Origin: Vicugna vicugna
Lineage: Eukaryota
DNA: 64,000 bases
Assembly (NCBI GenBank): GCA_013265495.1
Contig: MU058844.1
Span: forward strand, 2,521,520 to 2,585,519
Direction of reading: 5' to 3'
Part shown: positions 1 to 11,023 of the stretch, piece after piece
How the letters are laid out: every line of letters starts with the position of its first letter
Numbering within the stretch: position 1 is the first letter of the stretch
Notes under the pieces: generated by a model
What the model was told of the DNA's origin: nothing
What the model saw: only the letters and a program-made list of their open reading frames with translations
Databases searched by the model: none
Made by a program: the position numbers and the translations under genes

Positions 1-340
1 AAAAAGTCACTTCATTATTTTTCAGTAATGTTGCCTGGTGGTTCCTCTGCTATTTCACCTGTGCTCACTTAAGCAGCTGCATTCAGGTGGAGGGCTAGCT
101 TGAGTTAGAATATGCAAGATGGCCTAACTTACTTTTCAGGCAGTTAGTGCTAACTTTTCGTTGGGTCATTTTAGTTCTCTTCCATGAAGCCTTTCATCCT
201 ACAATATTCTTGACTGGCTTCTGAAATGGTGATTCTCCGGGCAGCTAAAAGTGGCAGCTGCAAACACTTAATTCCCAGGTCATTTTCTATTGGTTAAAGA
301 ACATCGTAAGGTTAGCCTATTTACAAGTGTGTGAAACTGC
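1..340 (-). mobile_element. MaLR (MLT1-type) LTR fragment, probable 3' LTR of the element spanning about 1-1980
   Basis: Contains MLT1-like motifs (gcagctgcattcagg, caagatggcct, cattttctattggttaaag) in the same orientation as the LTR at 955-1980. Confidence 0.6.
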
Positions 341-954
341 TGAGGGACAACGCCCCCGAGATTCTTAGAAACCCTTCTGGCAAACTCAGAAGGTAAATGA
401 GGCACGATTCAAACCTCTCAGAGGTCTGAAAAATCGTATAGGCACAGCCTTGATGAGATCTTTGTCCCCAGGCTCATTTTATGTTGAGGATTTTTTACTG
501 ATGGGTGGAAACAGCTACTTCCAACCCAGCATGTTCTCTCTTCTATATTTTTTCTAAATTCTAATTGCAAATTATTTCCTTCTTTAGCTCATCCTTTCTT
601 CCAATACCCTATGATATGCAGCTAAATATGCACTCTAACTATGTAGCTAAATATGCACTCCAAACCAATCTGCACTCAACCTTCTGTCCATAGATGTCCC
701 CAATCAGTTCCTGTTCACTGTGTGTATTTTCTACTTTTAAGTTTCTGCAGTCGATATTTTTATTAACAATCCCACTACATCACCTGGACTGCCTTTTCTC
801 TAGTCTCCAACAGTACTTTTGCCATCTTCCCCGTCTTTGCTTATGGATTTCTCACCCACCTTCCAAGCTCCCCTGCCACCCAATCCTAAAATCAACGGCA
901 TAATTATTTCAAGATTTTGTTATAGTAACTCTCAGATTCTAGGTACTAGTTTCT
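341..954 (-). mobile_element. MaLR internal sequence (MLT1-int-like), internally deleted
   Basis: The minus strand reads gaaactagtacctagaa just after the LTR end, resembling the MaLR internal start (gaaattggtacc); sequence is otherwise decayed. Confidence 0.55.
615..664. repeat. 25-bp tandem duplication
   Basis: tatgcagctaaatatgcactctaac is followed by tatgtagctaaatatgcactccaaa. Confidence 0.85.
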
Positions 955-1980
955 ATACTTATTAACTATTGGTACAAAACAAACCACACCAAAACTCAGT
1001 GGCAAAAACCACCAATATTTATCATTTCTCATCAGCATGTGGGTTGGCAGGTGATCTCCCTGCTGATGTACCTGGGTGACCTCAGTGCCTAGTGGAAGAT
1101 GAACTGGGCTGTGTAAGGGAGAAAAAATAACTTCTCCCTACCTTTCTGAGTTATTAGCTGAGTCCTTGCAATAAGAGAACAATTAACAAGAAAAGATAAA
1201 CATAAGTTTATTAAAGTGTATACATCATGTATATATAGGAGATACCCAGAAAAAATGAATAATTCAAAGGGGTAGCTTAAATTTTAGACTTAAATACCAT
1301 TTTAACAGGGAAAGGGAAGGACAGCTGCAGGCCTCCTGGGGAGAATAAATAACATTTAGGAAATATGAATGGGACTTCAGAGGAATAAATGGAAGATATG
1401 ATAGTTTGTGACAGAGTTTTTCTGGGTGTGGTGTAGTCTCCTCTCCTGTGATAAGAAGCAGTCTTCTCTGGTTGGTGAAATTCCCAGGGAGGGAATTTAT
1501 GACAATTGAGCTATTTTTAGAGCACATGTCTTTAGACTGATAAGGGGAGTTCATAGAAAGCCTATTTCTGCATTTTTCAAGTGCCTATAGTTCAAAATAA
1601 TCAATCTGCCAAAGTGGGGATGGCATATTCTGCTACCCTTCAGCTATAAGGCACAAGATGGCCTCACTCACCTATCTGAAAGTTGGTGATGTTTCTCCTC
1701 TGTGACAACTTAGTTCTCCAAGTTGTCTCTTGTCTTTCATTGGACTAGATCAGCTTCCTTATGGGACTGTCTTACAGCAGCAGTTTCATAGAGCAAAGGC
1801 AAATACTGCAAGTCCTCTTGAGGCCACAGCTGCTGAACTCACACAGCATAATTTATGGTACATTGTTTTGGATAAAGAGGGTCACAGGGCCTCATTCAAC
1901 ATTCAAAGCATGAGGAATTACATTTCATCTCTTGATGCTGGTTGCTACAAAGAAGTGGTGGTTTTATTTACTGTATTATA
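955..1980 (-). mobile_element. MaLR MLT1-type LTR, split by an ERV1 solo LTR at 1112-1642
   Basis: aacaaaccacaccaaaactcagtggc is the characteristic reverse-complement MLT1 3' end; MLT1-like sequence resumes at 1643 (caagatggcctcactcac ... catctcttgatg). Confidence 0.7.
1112..1642 (-). mobile_element. ERV1 solo LTR, MER34/MER39-like
   Basis: The minus strand starts TGAAGGGTAGCAGAATATGCCATCCCCACTTTGGCAGATTGATTATTTTGAAC and ends CCCTTACA. A 4-bp near-TSD gctg/gcta flanks it, and an AATAAA is present on the minus strand near 1210. Confidence 0.8.
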
Positions 1981-2389
1981 AAGATGAAAAAAAATCATAA
2001 AGTTGTCTGAAAGTACAGTATTCTTACTAATGTTAATTTTAAAACGTAAATACTAAAAGAGTAAGGATAATCTTAATTCTCATTTCTAGATTTTGCAAAA
2101 ATAAAAATGAGTAGTTAACTCCTGAAAAGGAAGAAAATAGTTTCTCCACATAAGCAATGTTTTTCTTTATTTTTTTCTGTGTGTGAATGATTTGACTCAG
2201 TAATTGGCTATAATTTTCTTGAACAAGTTCAGTGTTCCAAAGATGAAAATTGTTGTAATTAAAGTTTCCTGGTTTGGAGAGTCTTGCTTTTCTTAACAAA
2301 CCTGAGGGATATCAAAAATACATATAGCTTTGATGGAATTCTTCATAAAACAGCTTCCATTTGTGTGGCCAAAAATATTGTGTGGATGA

Positions 2390-3200
2390 GTTGGAAGTGT
2401 CAGAAAAGTGTATTTGGCCTATGTACATGTAATTAAATGCATAAGGAGATTTAAAATCCATATGACATCCTACTATAGATACCTCTGAAATGTAGTTTCA
2501 TGTTCTTCTCTGCACATAAAGTCATGATCATTTTTACATATTCTCTAATGTGAACATTTCTGTAATTTGGTTTTGTTTATTCAATATTATGTTTGTGAAG
2601 TTTATACACATTGACATGGGCGACATTTGTTAATTTGTGTAACTGTTTTAAAGTGTCCCATCTTGTATAATATATTTCAAATGGTTTATCCATTCTTTTA
2701 TTGATGTTGTTTCAAAATTTGCTGTTATAAATATTTTGTTTCCATCTCCTTATAAATGTATGCAAAATTTTGTCTAGAAGTGGAAATGCAGAGCTATTCT
2801 AGACATTGCCAAATTACTCCCCAAAATGGTTATGACTAATGACCTTCTCACCCATCAAAAGAGTACAGTTGTCCCGTGGGGCCCCATTATTTACCAAACC
2901 CTGATATTGCTAGATATTTTGACTTTTAATTTATTTCTTTTATTTTGGGGGGTTATTAGGTTTATTTATTTATTATTATTTTTATTTAATGGAGGTATTG
3001 GAGATTGAACCCATGATCTTATGCATGCTAAGCATGCACTATACCACTGAGCTATACTCTCCCCCCTGACTTTTAAATGTGTGAACTGATATCTCATTGT
3101 GGTTTTTAATGTGAATTTCCTTATTACATTTGGCCTTGGGTCATTTGCCCTTTTCTTGTTGATTTATAATTCTTTATGTATTCTGTTATATATAAAGTAA
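2390..3200 (-). mobile_element. Old L1M (L1ME-like) 3' fragment hosting a SINE
   Basis: Antisense L1 motifs gtttatccattct, cattgccaaattactccccaaaatggtt and tatctcattgtggtttt. Confidence 0.65.
2930..3066 (-). mobile_element. tRNA-derived SINE, camelid Vic-1-like
   Basis: The minus strand reads GGGGGGAGAGTATAGCTCAGTGGTATAGTGCATGCTTAGCATGCATAAGATCATGGGTTCAATCTCCAATACCTCCATT plus an A-rich tail, with Pol III A and B boxes. TSD tgacttttaa is perfect (2920-2929 and 3067-3076). Confidence 0.9.
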
Positions 3201-3354
3201 ACATATAGTACATTATACAATCTAGTATTTTATACATATACGTATATAATGTTATGTCTTGATGAGAACTTCTAAGCCACAAATTCAATAATATTTATGT
3301 AGATACTGAAAAGTCCTCACCGTATGCAAGAAATCCTTAATGTAAATAAAAAGA

Positions 3355-4075
3355 ACTGACTTTAAGCTCATTCATTTATTGAACAAACATTGATCTAGGC
3401 TTTTACATGCCTAGCACTCTGCTTATCACTGAGGATAAAGCATGAACAGGATACTTATATTGCTGAAGTCTAAAAGGAAAAAAAAACACTAAAATATAAA
3501 CGCCTTGAGTATAGTCTGAAAAGTACAAATGCTGTTTAGTGAAGACATAATAAGATCACTTAAGTGAACTGATTAGGTCAACTAATGTTAATGGAGATGG
3601 TACCATCTGTTTACAGTTGAACCATAAACAGTAAGGTGATATTAATTGGTCAAATTTACCTTGATTATCTCAATCCCATGTAAGTCTTTTATAAACATGA
3701 GATTTGTAGGTCCCATTGAGATCCACTGAATCCAAATCTTTGAGTTTGGAAGCTTATAATATGTATTTTTTTAAATCTTTCATGTGATTTTGAAGGTTGG
3801 CTGTGTTGTTGAACCACTGAGCTAGACAGGGGAGAGATAAAGGAGCATTCTTGACAGGGAAGATATGAAAGCGTGACTGAGCTCAGCATGTTTTGGGAAT
3901 TGTCGGCAGGGCTAGATCTCTGTCAGAAAAGCAAAAGTGGAAAAAGGGAGGAGAAAAACCTAAAAGCCAAGTAGAAACCAGATGAGCAACACAAATAGTA
4001 AAGAGTATGCCATACAGTAGTTGCTCAATGAAGATTTGTTGAATGATGGATAAATCAATGAATGGATGAGTCATT
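3355..4075. mobile_element. L2 fragments flanking a MER5-type MITE
   Basis: L2 3'-end motifs cattcatttattgaacaaacatt at about 3370 and cagtagttgctcaatgaagatttgttgaatga at about 4020; gagcattcttgacagggaag. Confidence 0.55.
3650..3820. mobile_element. hAT-Charlie MITE (MER5A/B-like)
   Basis: cactgaatccaaatcttt...atgtatttttttaaatct...gtgattttga...gttgaaccactg. Confidence 0.6.
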
Positions 4076-6639
4076 ACAACTTTACATGCCCTGGTTAGAG
4101 TTTATATTTATTTTGAAATTTATGAGGAAGCAATGACAGATACGAAGCAGGGGAGTGAGAGTTGAGATTAAATTAACACAAATGAAGTATTACTCTAAAA
4201 TGACAAAGAAGCCCAGACATTTTGTAAGTTTCTTGAAGACTTTCTGGAGCTGTGACTGGCTTTCATAAGTGATAGTTTTCCTAATTCTTATTAATATTTT
4301 ATTTAGGGTGCTTAAACTCAGTGCAACTGCTTATAAAATTTCACTAAACCCAATGATAGAAGAAATGATTCAGACTCAACACAGAAATGACTGTCCTATT
4401 TCCACCTGTTGTGAGAAACATGACATGAACCACAGGGGGGAAATAATCATCTTAATTTTCTGGCATTGTAATGAATAATTTAAACCTATAACTGCTACTC
4501 TGAATATTTTGTTTTATAATGGAGTGTAGCATCTCTTTTGGTTTTGACAGGATGCTTTTTTTTTTTCCAATTCAATTTTTCGAATGCTATGCCTTGGAAG
4601 AGCACTTAGCTGATTACAAAAGTAGAATAAAAATCCTCCTAGTCCTCTATGAATAGTAGGTAGAATAGAAAACAGAATGAAAAACAGAGAACTAGAAGGA
4701 AGAGATAATAAGTGGGAACCATAGTCACCTTGAACCTTAATCAACTTTTCATTGTGCCTCCCGAGCTTTGGTGTGAAGAAGAAACTTAGAGGCCAAGATA
4801 CCTGATTTAGTCATTTGAGTGCCTCCTCTCCCTTGGGAAGGATGCCACTTTAAGGATGAATCACTCTAAGGATGCCGGAGAAAGAAGCCCAAGAGAGAAG
4901 ATGCCCAGGAGGACTATGAAATTAACTCAGGACATATAAGTGAAGGACTTTGCAGAACCCTGGTTCTGCAAACCAAAAAGGATTGGACCCAGAGCAGTAG
5001 ATAATTACCATCATCAAACCTTTGATTATCTTCAAGCTAGCTGTTACCTATGAGTTATCATTAGTACAATCGTCTATTTTAAAAATAAGTTCCAAACCTC
5101 TTATTATGCTATAAAAGGCCTTTCTTGATCTGGCTTTAGACTCTCTCCTACAGACTTCATCTTATCTTCTGCTTCTCTATTCTCGTAAAGCTTTACTATG
5201 TGCTCTGCTGCAACATTATCTGCCTAAGGCTGCTATGTCTTTTGATATGTTCTTCCATTTGCCTGGGGAACATTTTTCTCTTTAGTTTCTTTTTCACTGG
5301 GATAACAGTTTACTTACTTCTCAAAATGTATCTGTCTTCATCTACACCAAGATCAGTTGGACGCCCTTCTGTGTGCTCTGTGCAGGTCAATTTATTCAAT
5401 TTGTTTAATTAAACAAAAATTCCAAAAATAGACTCTCTAATCTATTCGAAGTTTAAGATAATCAGTGCAATGCCTTAAGGGGGAAGAAAGGAGATACAGG
5501 TAGTAGAGGATCTGGTGTAGTAAACAGAAAATGGTATCGAGCTATGTACTGAGATATGGCAAATCCTTGAGAGAAAGCATGATTACACAGTTTTTCTGAT
5601 AGCTTTCCTTGACAAACAAAAATATATTTGTAAATAAAAGTGAGTTTGTTTTACAACTGCTACAGTCTGGGGATTATGTACCATATTTTACTATCTTCAC
5701 TTTATAATATAGAACTGGCACATAAGAGGGACTCATAAAAACCGACAGAATGAAAAACATGACTGACTGACAATAGGATCAGCCCTGATCTCTAGTGGCC
5801 CCAACTTTCTTGGTTCTGCCCATGGACACTTCAGTTAGTTGACACACTGGTAGGTGCTACAGAAGGATGAAGGAAGCCTATGAGGGATGACTTTTAAGTA
5901 TTCAGTGCCAGACAGGTATAAGTTTAGGAACTTGGATATACAAGCTACAAATCTTGAAGTTTTCAATGACAGTTTGACTTTAAAAATATTCATTTCCAGC
6001 CTTGAAAATAATATAATATAGGATTTCTAGCTATGAAATAATTAGTATTAGTTAAGATATCTTCTAGTTTTATTATCTTTCTTTATTGATTGATTTTTAA
6101 TTTTTAAGATAATTCTAGTAAAGTTATGATATTATTCACATTTCATATATTGTATCCTCAAAAGTCAGCATTTTAGAAGAGTCATTTAGTGTTGACCCTT
6201 TACTCAGGTCCTCTGTATCCAACTTATTTACTCTGAAGAAGATTTTGTAGAGTCAATAAAACAAATAGGAAACTGTAACTAAAATAACTATTTTTAAAAT
6301 ATTAAATTCTAACTGGATATTGTTGCCTGAAGGAGATTCTGAGCTGATATCTGCTCATATTATTGTAATAGACAATTAGCAATTATTAAAGATGTATTAA
6401 CTACATATTCTAAAACTTAAAAAAAATACAAGGACTATTTTTATTATACGTGCAACAAAAGAATTAAGAGAATAGAAAATTGAATATTCCTCACTATGTG
6501 AGTCAGTGTTATTTAATGCCATGTCTTTTATTACTTGGCAGTTTTAGATACAACCAGTGTGCATCCCACCTTTTGAAAACATGAGAGCTGGGTGAAAACC
6601 CTGACCTGATCTCACATGACTAAATTAGGCTCCTGGACC

Positions 6640-7412
6640 CAATTCCAATGTTTGTGTGTGTGTGCTTGTGTGTAGGCCTCCCCATATCAACACGTAATTC
6701 TTGGACACAAGCTGTGCAGCCTATAACTCAAGTCCATTATGATATGATTCCATACTTTTAGGGTTCAGTCCTCAAACCCCACCCCCCGGCCACTTCAGAT
6801 GCTAGTCACAAGCCCAGACTGTTACCTGTACTTCTGACCCACTGGCTATGAAACAGATGTTCCCAAGCCCCATTCCTCAGATGTAATAAATTTGTAAGAT
6901 TGGCTACCAGAACTCAGAGAAACATTTTACTTACTAGATCAGCAGTTTATTATAAAAATATATTACTCAGAAACAGTCAGCTGGAAGAGATGCATAGGGC
7001 AAGGTATGGGGAAAGGGCATGGATCTTCTGTGCCTTCTCCGGGAGCCACTCTCCCAGTGCCTCTACGTGTTCACCAACCCAGAAACTCTCCAAACCCTGT
7101 CCTCTTGAGCTGTTATGAAGGCTTCTTTATTCAGTCAGGGTTGATTAAATCATTGGCCATTGGCAATTGATTCAACCTCCAGGCCCTCTCCCTTCCCTAG
7201 GTGTCTGGAGTTGGGACTAAAAGTTGGTTCTCCTGGCAACCAGCCCCCATCCATGGGGGCTTTCCAAAAGTCAACTCACTAAGATAAAGTGCTACAGAAG
7301 GATACCTTTATCACTCTCAACACTTAGGAAATTCCAAAGGGTTCTGGGAGCTGTGAGCCAGGAAATGTGGATGAACACCAAATATATATTTCTAATAACT
7401 CATGATATTGCA
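6640..7412 (-). mobile_element. MER21-like solo LTR
   Basis: Diagnostic MER21 motifs cacttcagatgctagtcacaagcccag, gaagagatgcatagggcaaggtatgggg, gattaaatcattggccattgg and terminal aatatatatttctaataactcatgatattgca. The left boundary is uncertain. Confidence 0.8.
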
Positions 7413-9275
7413 ATGCCACTTATTCTTTTGTAGTTCTATTATTTTGGCTCTTATTTTCCCTTTTCTGAGAAAGGAATATCACTGCTGAGAAACACAGTAA
7501 GAGTATGGTATTATCCAAGTATGTGAGGGGCTGTTTTCCTAATTTCTTTCTAAGGAGAGTCCCTACACACAACCAGAAACAGACAGGTTTAAGTAACTGT
7601 GTTATCTTCTTATTTATGATATTTGTTTTCATTTTTCTCTATTTTTCAGATTTTCCAACTCAACGGAATAAACCACACATGCTCTACTCTCAAGGCGATT
7701 GTGAGATGTGAGAGGTACTAGAGGCGAAAGCACTTTGCAATCTGTGAAGAGTTAAAAAAATGTTGCTCATCATTATGATAAAGATGTTGATAATTGCTCT
7801 AATTGATTTTCTTTCTGTTTTATCTCACACAGACTCATATGCAATTAAAGTTCTTATTAAATCATCATGGATGTTGATCAGTTGCTTATAGCAATGTACT
7901 AAATCAGTGGAATTCTGATAATGACTTTCACTTAAGTTATATGGACATTGGTAATCTCCAAATTTGCATTTGAACATTTTTTTGTTACATCTAGACTATT
8001 TATTTTAAAGAAAACACCATTTTATTAGATCTCAAGACAGAGCGTGACTCATTTTAACTCTGAAACATTTTTTTTTAATCCCTGAGTGTTTGTGGCCAAT
8101 TGGAAGTTTGGAGGCCCTCTGTTAAAAATCTTTATTTATATGAATGAAAAAGCTAACGTTTGTAGTAATGCTAATTTCTATTTTAATATTTGTCCTCAGA
8201 AGCTCAGGTACTAATTTTTAATGTATTTCTCATACTTCAAGAGACTTTTCTAAGCTACCAAAGTCTTTTCTCAAGATAAAAAAGTAACAACTTTCCCTTT
8301 ATCCATTTCATAGATTTTTTCCAGTCTTCCTTCTAAACAACCATAATTCCTTTCGGGAACCTAACTGAAATAAGAACTATTCTACAATGATGCAGTAATA
8401 TAATTGTGACAATCCACTTTCATCACCTTCAGTGTCATCTTGATATAAGGAAACATGAAAAGGAACCCTATTATGTATATTTCACAGTGAAATCATTTAT
8501 TTCTAAATTTAAAAATACTAAGAAAAGTATTATTAAAGCTTATATTTAAAATGTATGAATTTACATTAGGTAACAAATGTCTATTAAGGGAGATGAAGTG
8601 GAGTCAAAATAGTAAAACAGTGTCAAAGTTACATTACTCAACTCATAATTAGCTCCAAAAAGTTAGCAGAATTTTTTAAACCTAAATTAAAAAGCTGCAT
8701 GGCTTCAGCTCACATATAATAGTTACTGCCTTAAAGTTTTTAAAAAGTTAATAGAACTTTTTAATACTTAACAATCCTGTAATTCATTTTTAAATATATA
8801 TTTTAAAATCTTCATTAAAATATTTTCATATACAAAAAGAACATACAACAGACAAATATGCTAATGTATTTTCATACTTGCATCTCATCTTTAAAACCTA
8901 AATACAGCTAACAACAAATCCTTGCCCACCATCCCATTCTTTACCTTTTCAAAAGCAACCATAGCCTGATATCAGCAAGTACTCTTTCTGTGCACATTTT
9001 TATACTGTTACCACAAATGTCTACACCATTCACAATCATGTTGTGTTGTATGTCCTTTAAATTTTATGAGTGATGTAATACTGTGCACAGCACTTTATTT
9101 TCTCAGTTCTCCAAAGTTACAAAGTCACAATAAAGTAGATGCTGTGTTTAGCAAGCTCTGTTCATAGAGTATGTTTAGTCGCAGTTCTCATTTTTGTCAC
9201 CTTTTCATCAAAAATATATTTGAGAACATGAAACAATAAAGGGTAATATAAACATTCACCATTTGCGGTGCTTAC

Positions 9276-9341
9276 CTGTAGCCAAAAGTGTAGCCTTCGT
9301 AATCTACTAAGCAATGACTCATTCCTTGGCTCCGTCGCCTC
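9276..9341 (-). other. Candidate 66-nt internal exon of an unidentified minus-strand transcript
   Basis: Minus strand: ctaat branch point, ttctctgtcactttcacattgcttAG acceptor, exon GAGGCGACGG...GGCTACAG, donor CAG|GTAAGC. It lies in apparently non-repetitive sequence with locally elevated CpG, and two of three frames are open. Confidence 0.5.
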
Positions 9342-9561
9342 CTAAGCAATGTGAAAGTGACAGAGAAATGCATTAGTGTGAGAAATTATTAGAATCTCAT
9401 GGAATACACGTAATTAAGCCAAAGACTTAGCACCATTAAATTCATTTATTTATTCTCTGAACTGGTAATATGAAGGTTTGGGGAGATGTGAGTCTGACAC
9501 ACACTCCACTTAATTTCATTATATAACTTAAAAAAAAAAGAAAACAAGGAAGCGAGCTTAC

Positions 9562-9624
9562 CAATTACAAACTGATGCAAGTGTTCTTTGGAAGTCAATT
9601 ATTTGGAATTCGATAGATATGTTT
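9562..9624 (-). other. Candidate 63-nt exon upstream of the 66-nt exon
   Basis: Donor TTG|GTAAGC; weak acceptor ccacattgtgtctatAG. Its only open frame (NISIEFQIIDFQRTLASVCN) is phase-compatible with the 66-nt exon. Confidence 0.3.
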
Positions 9625-11023
9625 CTATAGACACAATGTGGTTGTTATCCATTCAGTATAGGGAAGTCTATTAAATTCATATCATGAGTCCAAAGTTTAG
9701 AACTCTTTTCAGAGTACAGAAGTGCTGTCAGGAAATCAGTGACATATGATATCCAATTTGAGTTTCTTGTCACACTTAAACACCCCTGCAGCAATGGGTC
9801 AAGAGATTCTGTCCACAGCCTCTCTCTCTGCCAAGCACCAGGAGTATGATATCTCCACATACAAATTCTGGTCATAATTGACAACACCTGGGGTCAAAGA
9901 TCCAGCAGGTAACTTAAGAGTCAGCAGCTGGGGTAGTAAACTATTTGCTGAAAGAAGACCTGAGAAAAACATCAAAGAAGACGACAGGACAAAAGCCCTA
10001 AGGAATTATAGGTCTCATGACCCCTGATACCATGTGCTTCCATCTTGAAATAGTTTACCAGTCACCTCCTTTCTCTTATTTCATTTGCTTTAGGCATTGG
10101 CCCAATGTTCCCTATTTCATTCTTTCACTCTTCCTTCTGACAGGTGTTTCTCATTCTCTCTTCCATTGGAGGAAAGAAATCAGTCTGATTATATAGTTCA
10201 TTTTCAGAATCCAATTTGTGGGCCATTTGGCCAAGCCTCCGTGACTAAAAGACCTCAAATTTTGAAATTTTACTTTTGCCACCAAATAAGTTTATGCATA
10301 CAGTCATAAGGCTACAGCGAAATGATTAAAAATGCTAGTCATACACCTTTATCTGTTAAATTTAAGCATTTAAAATATATCATCATATTTATATGTTGTC
10401 TTGTACTTCCTTGGTTTTTAATATACTTGTATCTCAAAAGTATGCCTGAAGACTGATTCCTTCTTAACTCTGAGAAGGCAAGCCCACACTCCACCATTCC
10501 TACAGACAAAAAGAACCATTCATTTCAAATTTTTTTTTTAGTAATAATGCTAATCCTCTTCTTATTCAATTTTTTGAAAGGCAAATTCCTGGCATGAATG
10601 ACATTGCTTCTCCTTCTGCGACTTGGAAAGACATCCCTAATTAATGAGGATGCTCTTTCTTGTTGAGACTACAAATTGGTCTCAAACCTTGCTAAACATA
10701 GAATTCCAAGGAATCTCTAATGATTTATCAGTTAGCAAGTGAGGTAAACTATACTTACGACCTCCAACTTAATCCTATAGGAAAAATCAAATCATAGAAA
10801 TTTGCTAAAATGAGTTTTTGAGTATACCAAGGACTGAAGATTTAATTATCTCTAACAAGAAGAAGGAAAATAGAGACTGTCTCTCTAAGGCATCAAATAA
10901 GCTGAATAGGAAGAAATGTAGGGTACAGAACAATGCTGGAGACATATGAGTGAACTGAGAAAAATAGTACAGGGCATTGAAGATGCTACCCTGAGATCTT
11001 GAAGGTAAAGAATGGAGGTGATG

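Noticed and set aside
2990..3066. tRNA-like sequence (also 51160-51235)
   Set aside because: SINE heads with A-rich tails (and a perfect TSD for the first copy); no convincing cloverleaf, so not tRNA genes.
6516..6521. atgcca matching 7413-7418 as a possible TSD of the MER21-like LTR
   Set aside because: 6522-6640 does not resemble MER21 to me and a 6-bp match can be chance; the boundary is left unresolved.
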